From: Paraspadella gotoi
Taxonomy: Eukaryota > Animalia > Chaetognatha
NCBI GenBank assembly: GCA_051294375.1
Contig: CM119266.1
Location: 5,969,431-6,033,430, forward strand
Direction: 5' to 3'
Length of the DNA: 64,000 nucleotides
In this document: positions 50,181 through 62,744 of the stretch, piece by piece
Numbering within the stretch: position 1 is the stretch's first letter
How the letters are laid out: each line of letters begins with the position of its first letter
Made by a program: the position numbers and the translations under genes
The notes under the pieces: model-generated
Databases searched by the model: none
Seen by the model: only the letters and a program-made list of their open reading frames with translations
Told to the model about the DNA's origin: nothing

Positions 50181-51103
50181 TTAAAGGGGACCGAGTGAAC
50201 AGGGGGGGTAAAAAGGTGAAAACATAAACGTTTGACGCCTTTAAACTTAAGCTGGGTCTGACCATATTCATTTTTTTTTTCTATAATCATTTGGGGAAAG
50301 TAGTTAAAAGAATTTTGATAAATCAGCCAGCTTAATTTTCTTTCTTTAAAAAAAAAATTCTGGTAAGATAAAGTAAATCTTTTTTCAAAAGTTTAAAATT
50401 TTTTTTCAAAAAAAGGTAAGATGCTAATTTTTATAAAAAGATTCAGGCTTTATATGACAAAAATTTATAAAGATATAAAACTAGGAATGAATATAAAGTT
50501 TAAGAATATCGACTGATTTTATTTAAACTTTCTTTTCAATGATCTGTTAATTTGATGAAAATAAAACCTGCTTTGAAGTAATTATTAATATAAAAAGAAA
50601 AGAAAAGATTCTTTAACTTTTGTAAATTTTAATTGTTATAATTAGGTAATCAATAGTAGTTTAATATTCATTTATAGGGATGATTATATGAATATTTAAT
50701 TAAATGAAGTTATTAGCAGTTTGTTTCTGGTAAGTAATAAAATTTAGGTTGATTTGTCCTGGCTTTTAATAAATAAAAATATAAAAATTAGTCTTGAAGC
50801 CTTTGTTCAATGATTGGCTTAAACCTATAATTGTAGCTTTTTGTACATGTAAAAATAAAAATTTGAATTTAGTAACAAATACTTTCTCACACAAAAATAA
50901 ATAATAGTTATATATATTTAGTAGGGTTTAACTAATGTTTTTTTCATAATTTTTTATTTGTTGGCTCTATAGAAGAGGATTTATTTTATGCCCTTTCCGC
51001 GTGCAAGAAAATTAAATGACTAATCACATTCAAATTCACTTTGGGATGATAGGACCCTTAAAGACTTATGGGATAATCATTTTATGATCTGGGTCGCCCT
51101 TAA
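50181..51103. mobile_element. Non-autonomous TTAA-targeting DNA transposon (Kolobok-like termini)
   Basis: TTAA-(A)GGGGACCGAG...CTGGGTCGCCC-TTAA; the other copy has a single empty TTAA at 53119-53122. Confidence 0.65.
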
Positions 51104-51991
51104 GCTATTTTCCGTTATATGAGGAAAGGAGGTAAATTTAGAACCGCCTTTTTTGATAAATTTTACCTTCTTTTAGTTCTCTGTTCGGCTTTTTTCAATC
51201 GATTAAAGGTTGCTGTTGACGTGTTGAGTGGACTTTTTCACCGTAATCCATTTGACAAAACTGTGTTTTTTTATTCTCGACTCATAAAAAAATTGCAAAT
51301 AAGGTTTCTAGAGCATTGTTTTATTTTCTTTCCTTTCGTTGCGTGGGTAAAGCACTAAAGGAAAAGTTTTTTTTTTATTTTTGTTTTCTTGACAACGATC
51401 TGTATTTAATATGAAAAACGGACATGTTTCGGCTATATTATTAGCCTTCATCAGCTCTCGTCTCTCTTTCTCTTTCTCTCTCTTTCTCGTCTCTAACCAT
51501 TACTTTTTTAATTAGTAATAAAGTAATAAACTTAATTAATGAACCGAGGTGACAATAAATCGTGATCGCTTATTTTGTAACTAATGTGTCATCACGGTCA
51601 GTCTTTTATAGTGTGTATAAGTCACTTTGCGGTCGGTCTTGTCGTCGTTCCGTCGGGCGGTATGTCTGTCCCACTTACGTTAAAAATGCATGTAATTTGC
51701 TATAGTTTGTTTGCTCATATTTGTTTAAGGAATTCCTAAAACTATAGAAGGAAAAAAAGACGGAATTTTTGATGAAGTGCATGTTATTAAATACATGGGC
51801 TAAAAAAGTTTTTATAGTCTTATCATGCCATGTCTATCATGTCATATCATGTGATCGGAAAGAGAAATCACGTGAAAATAAAGTCATGCGGCGCAACATA
51901 TTGGAATCACCGTTCTTATTTTCATGTTCTTTTGTTTCATTTTCACAGCCTCGTTCTAAACTTTCGATATATAGACTCTGCACTTCCGCCG

Positions 51992-52945
51992 ATGACCCGC
52001 CGACGTTTCAGCCATCGTTTGGGGGCTTCTCTTTCAAGTGCTGTTTCGTTGGCTGCTGCTAAGCGTCTGCAGCAACATCTTCCGCGATCTGCTCCACTGT
52101 CGACGCCCGTCGCTTACGTGCTGCTCTTTAAGCAGGCGAGACTGTGACCATCTCCCACTCGTGCGCATTCGCCTGGCGTCACTGGACTGTAACTGGTCAA
52201 CGTCGATGGTCGGCTTTTATTCATTTTCGCCTCTCATCATGAACATCAATATTATCTTATGGCGCGCCGCCGGCGCGTCATCGCCACTCGGTCGCCTTCT
52301 CCGCCATCACGTTGCTCTGGCATTCTCTTCGCATCCGCTGGTCCAACCGCATTGCGTCGACCGCTGGTGGATGTAAATCGACTTGTGCGGGCGTCGTTGC
52401 GGCCACGATCGGCCTAGCTGCTGCTGACGCATCCCTTCATTCTCTTCCGCCCTGCCGGTCTCAGCGCCGACCTTGGTCTTATTTCTTTGGCCTGGCATCA
52501 ACGATTGGATGCCAATGATGAACCTCCAAATTTTTTTAACGGCGCCGTCGCTGAAGAACATTGGTCGGCATTTTCTCGTCCGTTGCGTTGGCTTTTGTGG
52601 CGGCGCATCGCCGCCGTCTGCTTGCGGCGTCGCCGGCGGCGTTTCGGCATTCTCTAGCGCGCGCTTTGAGCGGCGTTGATGCGAATGGGCGTTTGGTGCG
52701 GTTCGATCTCTATACCATCTACCGACTCTCTCAACAGGCTCGGCTGGCAACGAATTGGAAGGCCTTCGACGAGGGTCTCGCCGGGATGGTTGGGAAATTT
52801 GATTTCACGCGGGTTGCCCATCCCGGTGACGACGTTGTTGGCGGATGGCGTTTGTTTAGAGAGCGCGCGACCACGTTGGAGACGGTGGGCGTTGGTCGTT
52901 CGTCTTCAACTACGATCGTCGTCGTTACGATTTATGAAGGGAAGA
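51992..52945 (+). pseudogene. Frameshifted copy of the SLC35G-like CDS (likely read error rather than a true pseudogene)
   Basis: Collinear with 56335-57245, with many indels. Confidence 0.5.
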
Positions 52946-53691
52946 GGGAAAGAATCTCTCTCTCTCTCTCTCGTACTCGGTTTTCGGTAAAAAAGGCTTT
53001 GACATAACTCGTCCTCAAGAATTTTTTTATGGATTCTCCCTGTTGTTCAAGAGAAGCAATATAATTCCAACGCCCAAAATCATTTAAGTTTATTTTTTTA
53101 ATTGCTCTGCTCAAAGCCTTAAGCCTTTTTCCGATTTAACTTATCTCAAATTAGAAACCACTTTTTTTATAATTTTACTTCTTTAGTTCTCTAGTTAAAG
53201 GCCTTTTTTCATCGATTAAAGGTTGACTGTTGACTCTTCTTCACCGTAATCCATTTGACAAAACTTGTTTTTTTTTATTTCTCGCTCATAAAAAATTGCA
53301 AATAAGGTTTCTAGACATTGTTTTATTTCTTTCCTTTCGTTGCGTGGGAAGCACTAAAGGAAAAGTTTTTTTTTATTTTTGTTTCTGACAACGAATGTAT
53401 TTAATATGAAAAACGGACATGTTTCGGCTATATTATTAGCCTTCATCAGCTCTCTCTCTCTTTCTCTTTCTCTCTCTTTCTCTCTCTAACCATTACTTTT
53501 TTAATTAGTAATAAAGTAATAAACTTAATTATAACCGAGGTGACAATAAATCTGATCGCTTATTTTGTAACTAATGTGTATTACGGTCAGTCTCTTTAGT
53601 GGTATAAGTCACTTATCGGTCGGTCTGTCGGTCGTTCGTCGGTCGGTATGTCTTGTCCCACTTACGTTAAAAATGCATGTAATTTGCCTAT

Positions 53692-56027
53692 GACAGCAAA
53701 TGAAAAATAAGCGGTGGGCGAAACGGTCTCCGGTGCGATTTTGTCCCGTGTTAAATGTTTCTGAGCCAAAGTTAATTGATCATTACTTTTGGTAATAGTG
53801 TGGCGATATACACTACGGACATGATCTGTACTCTGACCATAACCTTGACCATCGAACAAAAAAGCTAACTAGATCAAAAATATAAAAAAGATGAAGCAAT
53901 ATAGCTCGAACACGCTTACAAAATTTTAGACCATTGCTGTTATAAATGCGAAAAAAGAATATTCCCACAATTATTATTAAACGAATCTTCTAACATGTTA
54001 ATTCGAACTACCCACGCTAATAGTAATCCGTAGACCATAGACTGAATATTTATTTACCCATCAGTCTCCTCAATTTATTAGCTGAGCTCTAATCAGTTGT
54101 TTGTAATTAGTGCAAGGGGAATGCTAGAATAACAATATGACAAATTCATCAATTTATTTTATGAATCTGGGAAGTTAATTCTACTGCCTTACTCCCCTTG
54201 GTATCTATTTATTTATTATTTTTAAAGTAATTGCTCAAAAAGTCGCATTGATATAATTACCAGTATTTTTCCACTTTTTTTCAAGTGTCTTGTCAGAACC
54301 AAAAAACAAACATCAGTAAAACATTTTTAAATTAATAAAAAAATTGATGAATCGATTTGTGGAAAAAATATTTTGAAAACTTGAGAAATAATGGGATTAT
54401 GAGTCAGGAAAAAAATTTTGCAATTCTGAAAAAAATCAGCCTCTAGCCTTTCGATTTTCGTAGAGGCTGATTTTTTTATTTTTGTTGATATTTTGAGTTT
54501 ATATGCAAAGACCATTATTCTGCAATTGAGCATAGTCGGACAAAATTTTTTTTCCAACAGATTTTAAAAAAATTTCAACTTGTCTAATTAGGCTTTTTTG
54601 GGGGAAATAAATTAAATAAGATTGATTATATGATGGGTACAGTCTAAAGATGATAGGTGGTATCTCAAGAAGTGACAAAAAATTATTCGTGTCAAGTCTT
54701 TATATTTGAAATTATAAGTATGGTGTACCAATAGAATACGTGAGGATACTCCCCTTTGCCAATTTTTATTTAACAGAGATTGTACTGCGTAATTTTAAAA
54801 AAATATTTTTTTAATAACTTTGAAAGAAGAAGATGGTAGCAAGCGGGTGGATGTGGTACTAAATTAAAGCCCTAATCATGGGACACCTTTCTAAAAGAGT
54901 TTTATTAAATTAAATCCATAACATATTTACACAGCTTTTGTTTTAAATCAATGAGTTAAAGTATAACAGTTTTTTGCTTTAAAAATTTCAACTGAAGACA
55001 TATAAAATTTTCTTTTTCTTTTGTAATTTGAAAAAAGAGAAAGACTTGAATTACATTTTGTTTATTATTAAATTTTTTTTATTCCATAAAATGCTATATT
55101 TTTTCAGTAGTTAAAGTAAAAAACAAAGCCAAAAATTTATGTTGTAGCTGATAAAATGGTTATTTTTAAATATTAAAAATGATAAATACAAAAATGTTTT
55201 TCAGCTTGATATAAACTAGTATGGACATCTACCTTCTTGTCTGTGAAAAAAAAATCGTCATTTTTTCATTATCTTTAACTTGCAAACTTAAAAGCTTGAC
55301 ACACTGCTTGTTTATCATAATAAAGTTCGTAAAACAAATTATATAGCTGGTAACATATTTGACAAAGAAAACATCATTGGTCGTTAAATTGTATTAATAA
55401 TTTTTTTTTTAATATTAGCAAGGAATTAATTCATTATTTATCATCCATTTTAATTAAGAAAAAAATATTTCTCGTAATAGCCCATTGGAAAGGAGTCATT
55501 GACTGACTTAATGATGAAATTTTTTAGATTTCTTTACTGCCCCCATTTCAACAAATATTAAAGGGTCTAATGGTTCATGTCAATAAGTCCAGATATCGTG
55601 TACCCTTCTGCAACCTGCATTCCAAATTTTCTTTTTTTCCCTTTCAAATGTATTAAATAAAAAAGAATTATTTGAGAGAACAATCGCGTGGAGCGGATGC
55701 CATGGTAAGCGCTTAGTTACCCACTTCCCCGATTCGAATTTTTAAATGAGGTTTTTTTCCATCTATTGAGACATAACACTACTATAGTACTTATTATTTT
55801 TTTTAATTTTTTTTTTATTACAGTTCTATGCAATAAATATGAATAAGTAAATTTTAACAAAATTATACATCTTTCACCTATAATCAGTCATATCTAAAAA
55901 CAAAAAAAGATTTTGCTATTGATATTTTGGATATCAACAAATATGAAAACAATAACGTTGTCAAAAATGAAAAAGAAAATATAATATATTGAACAGTGAA
56001 ATTTTTGTTTTATGCACGGGAACAGTA
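53692..56027. mobile_element. 2.3-kb AT-rich insertion flanked by a 28-bp direct repeat
   Basis: ACGTTAAAAATGCATGTAATTTGCCTAT at 53664-53691 and 56028-56055; single copy (empty site) at about 51677-51703. Confidence 0.7.
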
Positions 56028-56334
56028 ACGTTAAAAATGCATGTAATTTGCCTATAGTTTGTTGCTCATTTGTTTAGGAATTCCTAAAACTATAAGGAAA
56101 AAAAAGACGGAATTTTGATGAAGTGCATGTTATAAATACATGGGCTAAAAAAGTTTTTTAGTCTTATCATGCCATGTCATATCATGTCATATCATGTGAT
56201 CAAAGAGAAATACACGGAAAATAAAGTCATTGCGGCGCAACATATTGGAATCACCGTTCTTATTTTCATGTTCTTTTGTTTCATTTTCACAGCCTCGTTC
56301 TAAACTTTCGATATATAGACTCTCACTTCCACCG

Positions 56335-57318
56335 ATGACCCGCGACGTTTCCAGCCTCGTTTGGGGCTTCTTCTTTCAGTGCTGTTTCGTGCTGCTGCTA
56401 AGCGTCTGCAGCAACATCTTCCGCGATTCTGCTCCACTGTCGACGCCCGTCGCTTACGTGCTGCTCTTTACAGGCGAGACTGTGACCACTCTGCCACTCG
56501 TGCCATTCGCCTGGCGTCACTGGACTGTAACTGGTCCACGTCGATGGTCGGCTTTTATCATTTTCGCTCTCATCATGAACATCAATATTATCTTATGGCG
56601 CGCCGCCGCCGCCGTCATGCCACTCGGCGCCTTCTCCGCCATCACGTGCTCTGGCATTCTCTTCGCTCCGCTGGTCACAACCGCATTGCGTCGACGCTGC
56701 GTGGATGTAATCGACTTGTGCGGCGTCGTTGCGGCCACGATCGGCCTGCTGCTGCTGACGCATCCCTCATTTCTCTTCGCCCTGCCGGTCTCAGCGCCGA
56801 CTTGGTCTTATTTCTTTGCCTGCATCAACGGATTGGATGCAATGATGACTCCATTTTTTTACGGCGCCGTCGCTGAAGAACATTGGTCCAATTTTCTCGT
56901 CCTTCGTTGGCTTTGTGGCGGCGCCATCGCCGCCGTCTGCTTCGGCGTCGCCGGCGGCGTTTCGGCATTCTCTACGGCGCCTTTGACGGCGTTGATCGAC
57001 ATGGCGTTGGTCGGTTCGATCTCTACCATCTACCGACTCTCTCAACAGGTCGGCTGCAACGAATTGGAAGCCTTCGACGAGGGTCTCGCCGGGATGTTGG
57101 GAAATTTGATTCACGCGGGTTCCATCCCGGTGACGACGTTGTTGGCGATGGCGTTTTTTAGAGAGACGCCGACCACGTTGGAGACGGTGGGCGTGGTCGT
57201 CGTCTTCACTACGATCGTCGTCGTTACGATTATGAAGGGAAGAGGAAAGAAAGAGGAGGAGGAGGAGGAGGAGGAGGAGGAGGAGCAACTTTATGAAGTA
57301 GAAAAAATAGGAAAATGA
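56335..57318 (+). CDS. SLC35G-like drug/metabolite (EamA) transporter, intronless CDS of about 327 aa
   Basis: About 10 hydrophobic segments. MPLGAFSAI...F.PL...L....D.....GLLLLTHPSFLF resembles the recalled SLC35G signature. Poly-Glu tail; ATG at 56335. Confidence 0.75.
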   Translation: MTRDVSSLVWGFFFQCCFVLLLSVCSNIFRDSAPLSTPVAYVLLFTGETVTTLPLVPFAWRHWTVTGPRRWSAFIIFALIMNINIILWRAAAAVMPLGAFSAITCSGILFAPLVTTALRRRCVDVIDLCGVVAATIGLLLLTHPSFLFALPVSAPTWSYFFACINGLDAMMTPFFYGAVAEEHWSNFLVLRWLCGGAIAAVCFGVAGGVSAFSTAPLTALIDMALVGSISTIYRLSQQVGCNELEAFDEGLAGMLGNLIHAGSIPVTTLLAMAFFRETPTTLETVGVVVVFTTIVVVTIMKGRGKKEEEEEEEEEEEQLYEVEKIGK

Positions 57319-57802
57319 AAGTCTAAGAAGTGATAAGAAGTGATAATTAGTGATGTAATGATGGAATGAGAATAAGGAGAAGAGACCTATAGTCAAAATT
57401 CGGTTGTAATGTGATCATTATGTTACTAAGTTTGATCAGTTTTTGAGCACCATTTTTTCCTCTTGTTGCTATATATGTGTTATAATAGTTTAATAAAAGT
57501 CACGGAGCATGTTTTAAAGCTTGATACTTGTATTAAGAGCGATTTAAACTTCATTTAATGTTGGTTGTTTGAACTTTGATGTCGATTGTTCACAATCGCT
57601 TTCTCACTCTCAAGTTATTAATGTTGTGGTTTTTTTCATTCACCAAACACCATTATTTATGATTATTGTTTCTCGATTAGCTAAACCTGCTTATTTAAAA
57701 TTCGTTGTACTTAGTGACTGATGTTTTGTTAAATACAACATCAATACAGTATACACTGACATGAATAAAAATTACATTTAATGTAATTTTTTNNNNNNNN
57801 NN

Positions 57803-57990
57803 CCAACCCACCTTATTAAACTGGTTCTTCCATTCTCCCACTTTCTAACCCTCACTTTCCAACTCACCTTATTAAACTCGTTCTTCCATTCTCCCACTTT
57901 CCAACCCACCTTATGGAACTCGTTCTTCCATTCTCCCACTTTCTAACCCTGACTTTCCAACCCACCTTATTAAACTTGTTCTTCCACTTG
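57803..57990 (-). repeat. Tandem repeat of exon 3' end plus donor (GGAAGAACxAGTTTAATAAG|GTG(G/A)GTTGG)
   Basis: At least 4 units running into an N-gap. Confidence 0.85.
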
Positions 57991-58372
57991 GCCGTCGCCT
58001 TTTCCCACCACAACATCGCCTCCTCCAACTGCTTCGTCCTTTCCCTCGTCGCCTCGAGACCCGCGATCGCCATTTCCGTCGCCGTCGATCCTTTCGCCGG
58101 AAGCGTCTGGTATTTCGGCGCCGGCGACGCCGGCGAAGCGGAACCGGCGCCGTTTCCGGACGCGACGCCGGAATGAAGAGCGCCGGTGGGCGCGGCGTCG
58201 CCGTTGGGGAGATTAATACCGGAGATGCCGTTCGAATCGGCGATGCTGTTCGACCGGCCGATGGTGTCGATGCTGCCGTTGATGCTGCGAACGATGCCGT
58301 CGATGCTTTGGATGCCGTCCTTTGATGAACCCAAATCGACTCGACCGAAAATGTCCGATTCTTCGTGTGAAC
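57966..58372 (-). CDS. CCDC102: CCDC102-like exon with the family N-terminal motif
   Basis: LEATRERTKQLEEAMLWWEKATAKWKNKFNK resembles recalled [31 protein letters not shown]. The 5' boundary uses an atypical GAG acceptor and is uncertain. Confidence 0.8.
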
Positions 58373-58901
58373 CTCGAATATAAATGGAAATTGTCTTCGA
58401 TTTGTCCAACAAAATGAGAAAAAACAAAAGTCGATTGTTAAACAAATTTTAATTTAATCGGGACCGCGGGATGTAGAAGGTCAGGGAAAAAAACCGGTAA
58501 TTTGCTTATTAAAATGATGTTAAAACATTTACCTAATTATTGAATACGGTTAATTTATTTCCGGTTTGGGATTACGCGACTTGATTTATGACTCGTTAAG
58601 TCGTTGTTATTCTGTATTAAGTTATTTACGCGAATCTTCATGATCGATACAAGACGGATAATGTTTGTTTTTGTTTTTTTTTAAATTATGATATTAGCAG
58701 ATAATTGCACGAAAATATAAATCTTTTTCGTCGAATTAGTATGATAAATTAATAGGCTAAATTTTACTTTCGCCGACCGCGGTTTGTTAGAATTACAATT
58801 AATCGTCTACTAATTGCCTTGGACAGAGGTGAGAAAGTCTAGCAAACATTATATTATATTATATTACATTATATCAAAACTAATCAGTGACCATTATTCA
58901 C

Positions 58902-59208
58902 CTTCTTTGGAATTCTTCTGAAATACCCGCTGGGTCGACGGCTGGTAGCGTTGGGTGGTCGTTTCGTCCACCAAGGTGGTCGGGTGGTGATTCTTGGAAA
59001 AGGTGGGAGACAGTTGGGGAGAAGCGTTTGACGAGTGGTTGGAATCCAAAGAAGTCCATCCACGTCGAGTGGAGTCCGTGTGAAGGTTTGTGGGTCTTGT
59101 GGGGTCCGCGTCGTGGTCTGCGGGTCTTGTGGAGTCAGTGGGGTGGTGCTCCGAGGGTTGGACGTCGCGTGTTGGAGGCGACGGTGGCGCCGCGTCGCTC
59201 GACGGCAT
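58902..59208 (-). CDS. Probable first coding exon of the CCDC102-like gene
   Basis: Reads MPSSDAAPPSPP...QKNSKE(G); the GTGAAT donor at phase 1 fits the next exon. Confidence 0.55.
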
Positions 59209-59527
59209 TTTTAAGAAGTTCTAGTTCTTTGTGTTTTTTTATAGTATTTTGACGTATTCTATGTCATTCTTCGTATTTTTAGTTTTTATAATTGTTTTTC
59301 CTTTTTTATTTTCTTGAAGTAAAAATCTAAGGATCGGATTCTAGTTAAGTAATTTTGTTTTTTAATCTGCAAAACATCAACATAATTTTTTTTTTTTTTG
59401 TTTTTTTTTTTTTTTTGTTTTTTTTTTCGTCGAGGAAAAGTGTTCCCGTTTAGAGGTCCGTTGCCAAGCAGCAATCGGAAAATCGCGATCACAAGGAGAA
59501 GTTTGCTGAAATCTTGTGAGATCTTTA

Positions 59528-59614
<87 letters not shown>

Positions 59615-61378
59615 CTGCCTCCCGCTACGTGAAAATTGATTTTAAAATTAAAACTTATCAGAACCAGAAGATTCCCGATATTGTGAATCTCTCTTGGGAT
59701 GAGATTTGATAAAATGAAATGAAAAAATGATAAAAAATATTCTTTGGTTTAATCATCACATTTTCTCGGTTGGAAAAAACAAAATCTAACTTTACTCATT
59801 AAAAAAAAGTAATTTCTCGGATTATTTTTTTTTTTTCGATGCAGAATCTGGAGCATTGTTTTTCCTCTCTCTCCATGTGGCCATGATCGATTTGATCATG
59901 GGGGCCCCGAATGGACCATGGGGCCAAAAAGGGGAAACATGGGGCCAAGAGGGATCCATAAGCAATTGGAGAATAGGGATCAGCGGGATTTGGATCAAAG
60001 GGCATTCGGCATTTGGTCGTAGCAATCGGTTTAAAATTTAGCTAAAAGCCACCAAAAAAAAATCTTCAGATAAAAACTTGCTTTTTTTTTTCCTCGTAAA
60101 AATAAATCCAAGATTCTGTTTCCCTTTTGTTTTCTTTGAAAATTGTTTTCCGCCAATAAAATCGACGTCTTTTATCCTTAAAATCCTTCCTTCCGAAAGT
60201 TAGGGCTGACATCAAAAGGCGGAAGGGTTAGAAATTAGGGATGATGTTGAGATAGAAAAAAACCAAAAATTTCTGTTTCGTTAAAAATGATATTTTTAAT
60301 TTAAGTAACTTTTTAATCTTTTAATATAAAAATTTTAAAAACCACTTACTTTTTTTTATTTATTCATATTTTGCTCCAAAATGATTAGGGAAACGCCATT
60401 ATTTTATGGTTATTGTTATTGTTATTTTTTTGGATTTATTAAATTATAGCATCAAAAGTTGTAACGTCTTATTTTTTTAATTATGGTATAACTACCGACA
60501 CTAAAATAATTGTAAAATCCTCATCTCCCCAAAGCCTCTTACTGAAATAAAAATGCGCAACTTCCTAATTTGATAAATTAGAACCAGTCAATGTTGCAAG
60601 GAAGGGTTAACTTGGTTGCTTTCAATAAGAACCAGGAATTCGATTATCAGCGAATCCGCCGATTGATTAGGTTTGATGAAAGGATTCAATTCTTATCCTA
60701 AAATTCCTATTTTTTATCTTTTACTGTTTGTGCGTTAAAAGAAATTGTTTTTATCAGTTTTTTTTAATGAAACAACAAAGTTAAATTGTAAGTTCTATGA
60801 TGTTAAATAAATTTTCCTAATAGAGCTCGACCCGCAATGTCAGATCGCTGCCAGCCCCACTGTCAGCGTTGCGTTGCTTTTAAAAATGTCGAAACAAATC
60901 TTTTAACTTCGTCTTTTAAATTCTATCTTCAATCAAAATGAACAATCTAACAATTTAATGGCACTAATACGATCCGAGAGGGGGAGTTCCAAACGTCAAA
61001 ATATTTTCGTGGGTGAAACTTTAAAAAACTTAAAAAACCGAACCTCGATTTCGTTTGATCTTTCGATCTTTTGTTTTGATCGAAAAAAGTTTCGTCGGAC
61101 GTCATTCGAGTTTTTCGATTCTTGGCGCAGATTGATTGAAAAGTAGTTTGCTTACAGAAATTCTGGCTATTATAGCGTAATATTTGTGATATTTCTTCAG
61201 GAGTCAGGGACAGAGAGTATTTTTTAGTTTAACTTTCTGCATAAAATTTTTAATTTCAAAAGTCCCACCAAATTGAAGTTGGTCAAAAACCAGAACCTTT
61301 CCTGGAAATTATGTGGTTTCAATTATGTGAATGATCTTAATTAGTTTAGTTAAAAGTTATGGTAGACTAAAATCCACT

Positions 61379-61538
61379 AACCGTTCATCAGTGGCCATTG
61401 GTGCCGGAGGCAAGTCAAAGGTCCGGGGTTCTAGCCTGGTGGCCGCCTAGCAGTTAAAAGGGACGGGGCGCTTAACCCGCCTGTAACTCGGTGTTACAGC
61501 CTGATCCGAAGCTGAGGGACTGCTTATATTGAACGGTT
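61379..61538 (+). mobile_element. Short SINE-like element: tRNA-like Pol III head followed by a twister motif
   Basis: A-box-like TGGCCATTGG (61392-61401) and B-box-like GGTTCTAGCC (61427-61436) inside a T-arm-like stem. Ends AACCGTTCA and TGAACGGTT are complementary. Confidence 0.55.
61449..61524 (+). ncRNA. Twister ribozyme motif, P5-type (degenerate)
   Basis: AGCAGUU AAA AGG G A CGG ggcgcu UAA CCC GC CUGUAAC ucggu GUUACAG CCUGA UCCG AAGC UGAGG GACUGCU. Predicted cut between 61473 and 61474. Confidence 0.68.
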
Positions 61539-62744
61539 CTGTCAATAACACATAACACTAATTACTGTCTCTTCAAAGTGTTAATTTTAGACCGAATGTC
61601 GTCGCGTACAGAATAAACATAAAATAAGTGATATATGAAATGGAAAACAAAAATCATAAAAAAGAAAGTAATTGTCCGCAGAAGGACATAGATCCCGTTA
61701 TGCACAACTTATTTGTTCCAACTTTTAAGTTATTTTTTGGCCATAAACTCTTAAGGGCTTCGCTGATGAGGTCACTTTTTTATGGAAAACAAATCCAAAC
61801 TCATTCCGATTTTGCCGGCTTAATTGCTTATTACTTCTATGATACATATGAGACAATAAAAACTTCAGTGTGCTGAAAGCTAAATATCACGGCTTTCTAA
61901 TTATTACATATGCGTCAATGTTAGTTCTTTATTTGGTGGAAAATTACTCCCATCAAATCAAAAGCAAGCAACCTTTTTTTTAGGGATGTAAACACAAGTT
62001 CCGTATCTCTGTAAACAAAATGAAAAAACCGCCAAAAAAATTTGTAAAAACCACGAAAAAAAGAAAGAAAACGAAACTAAAAAGATTTAAAGTGAAAAGT
62101 TTTTATGTTCGTCGCAAAAACAAAGATAAAAACTAAATAAGGGGAAAGACTGTGGGATGCGTTATTGCAAAAATAGGGAGGAGGAGGAGGAGGAGGAGGA
62201 GGAAGAGGAGGAGGAGACGAATGGGCGATAATCCAAACATGACTGAAAAGGGATCCTTTGTTCTGGAGTTGAAGTCGGAATTTAGAGAGAAGAATAATTT
62301 GAAAAAGGTGAAATGAGTAAACGAGTTCGAAGATGAAAAGAGGGAAGAGGAGAGAGTGAAACAAGAAAGTGAAAGAGTGAAATAATAAGTGAAAAAAGTG
62401 AAAAGTGAAAAGTGAAAAGTGAGAGAGTGAAACTAGAAAGTGAAAAACAGGTGAAAAAAGTTACAAAAAAACAAATAATTTTTTTTAATAAGATTTTTTT
62501 GTCTTAACTAGGTAATTAAAATCTAAACTATCTCTCTCTCTTTATGGGTAAAAATATTATTTCTTAAAAGATATCATTTTAATGGTACAAGCCAGAGCTT
62601 CGTTTGATTGATTTTTTTAATAAATTTTTCCCGGGACATATCATCATCATCATCATCATCATAATCATAGCTAGTTAGCTATTGAGCACCTATCGTTAAA
62701 AAAGGTATTTTTCGGCATAAAAAAAGAAAAGAAATTCTTGTACT

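Larger units (their letters stand above)
49920..52952 (+). other. Noisy direct duplicate (probable second haplotype) of 52953-57249
   Basis: Collinear with the downstream copy but full of 1-2 nt insertions; follows a 25-N gap. Confidence 0.85.
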
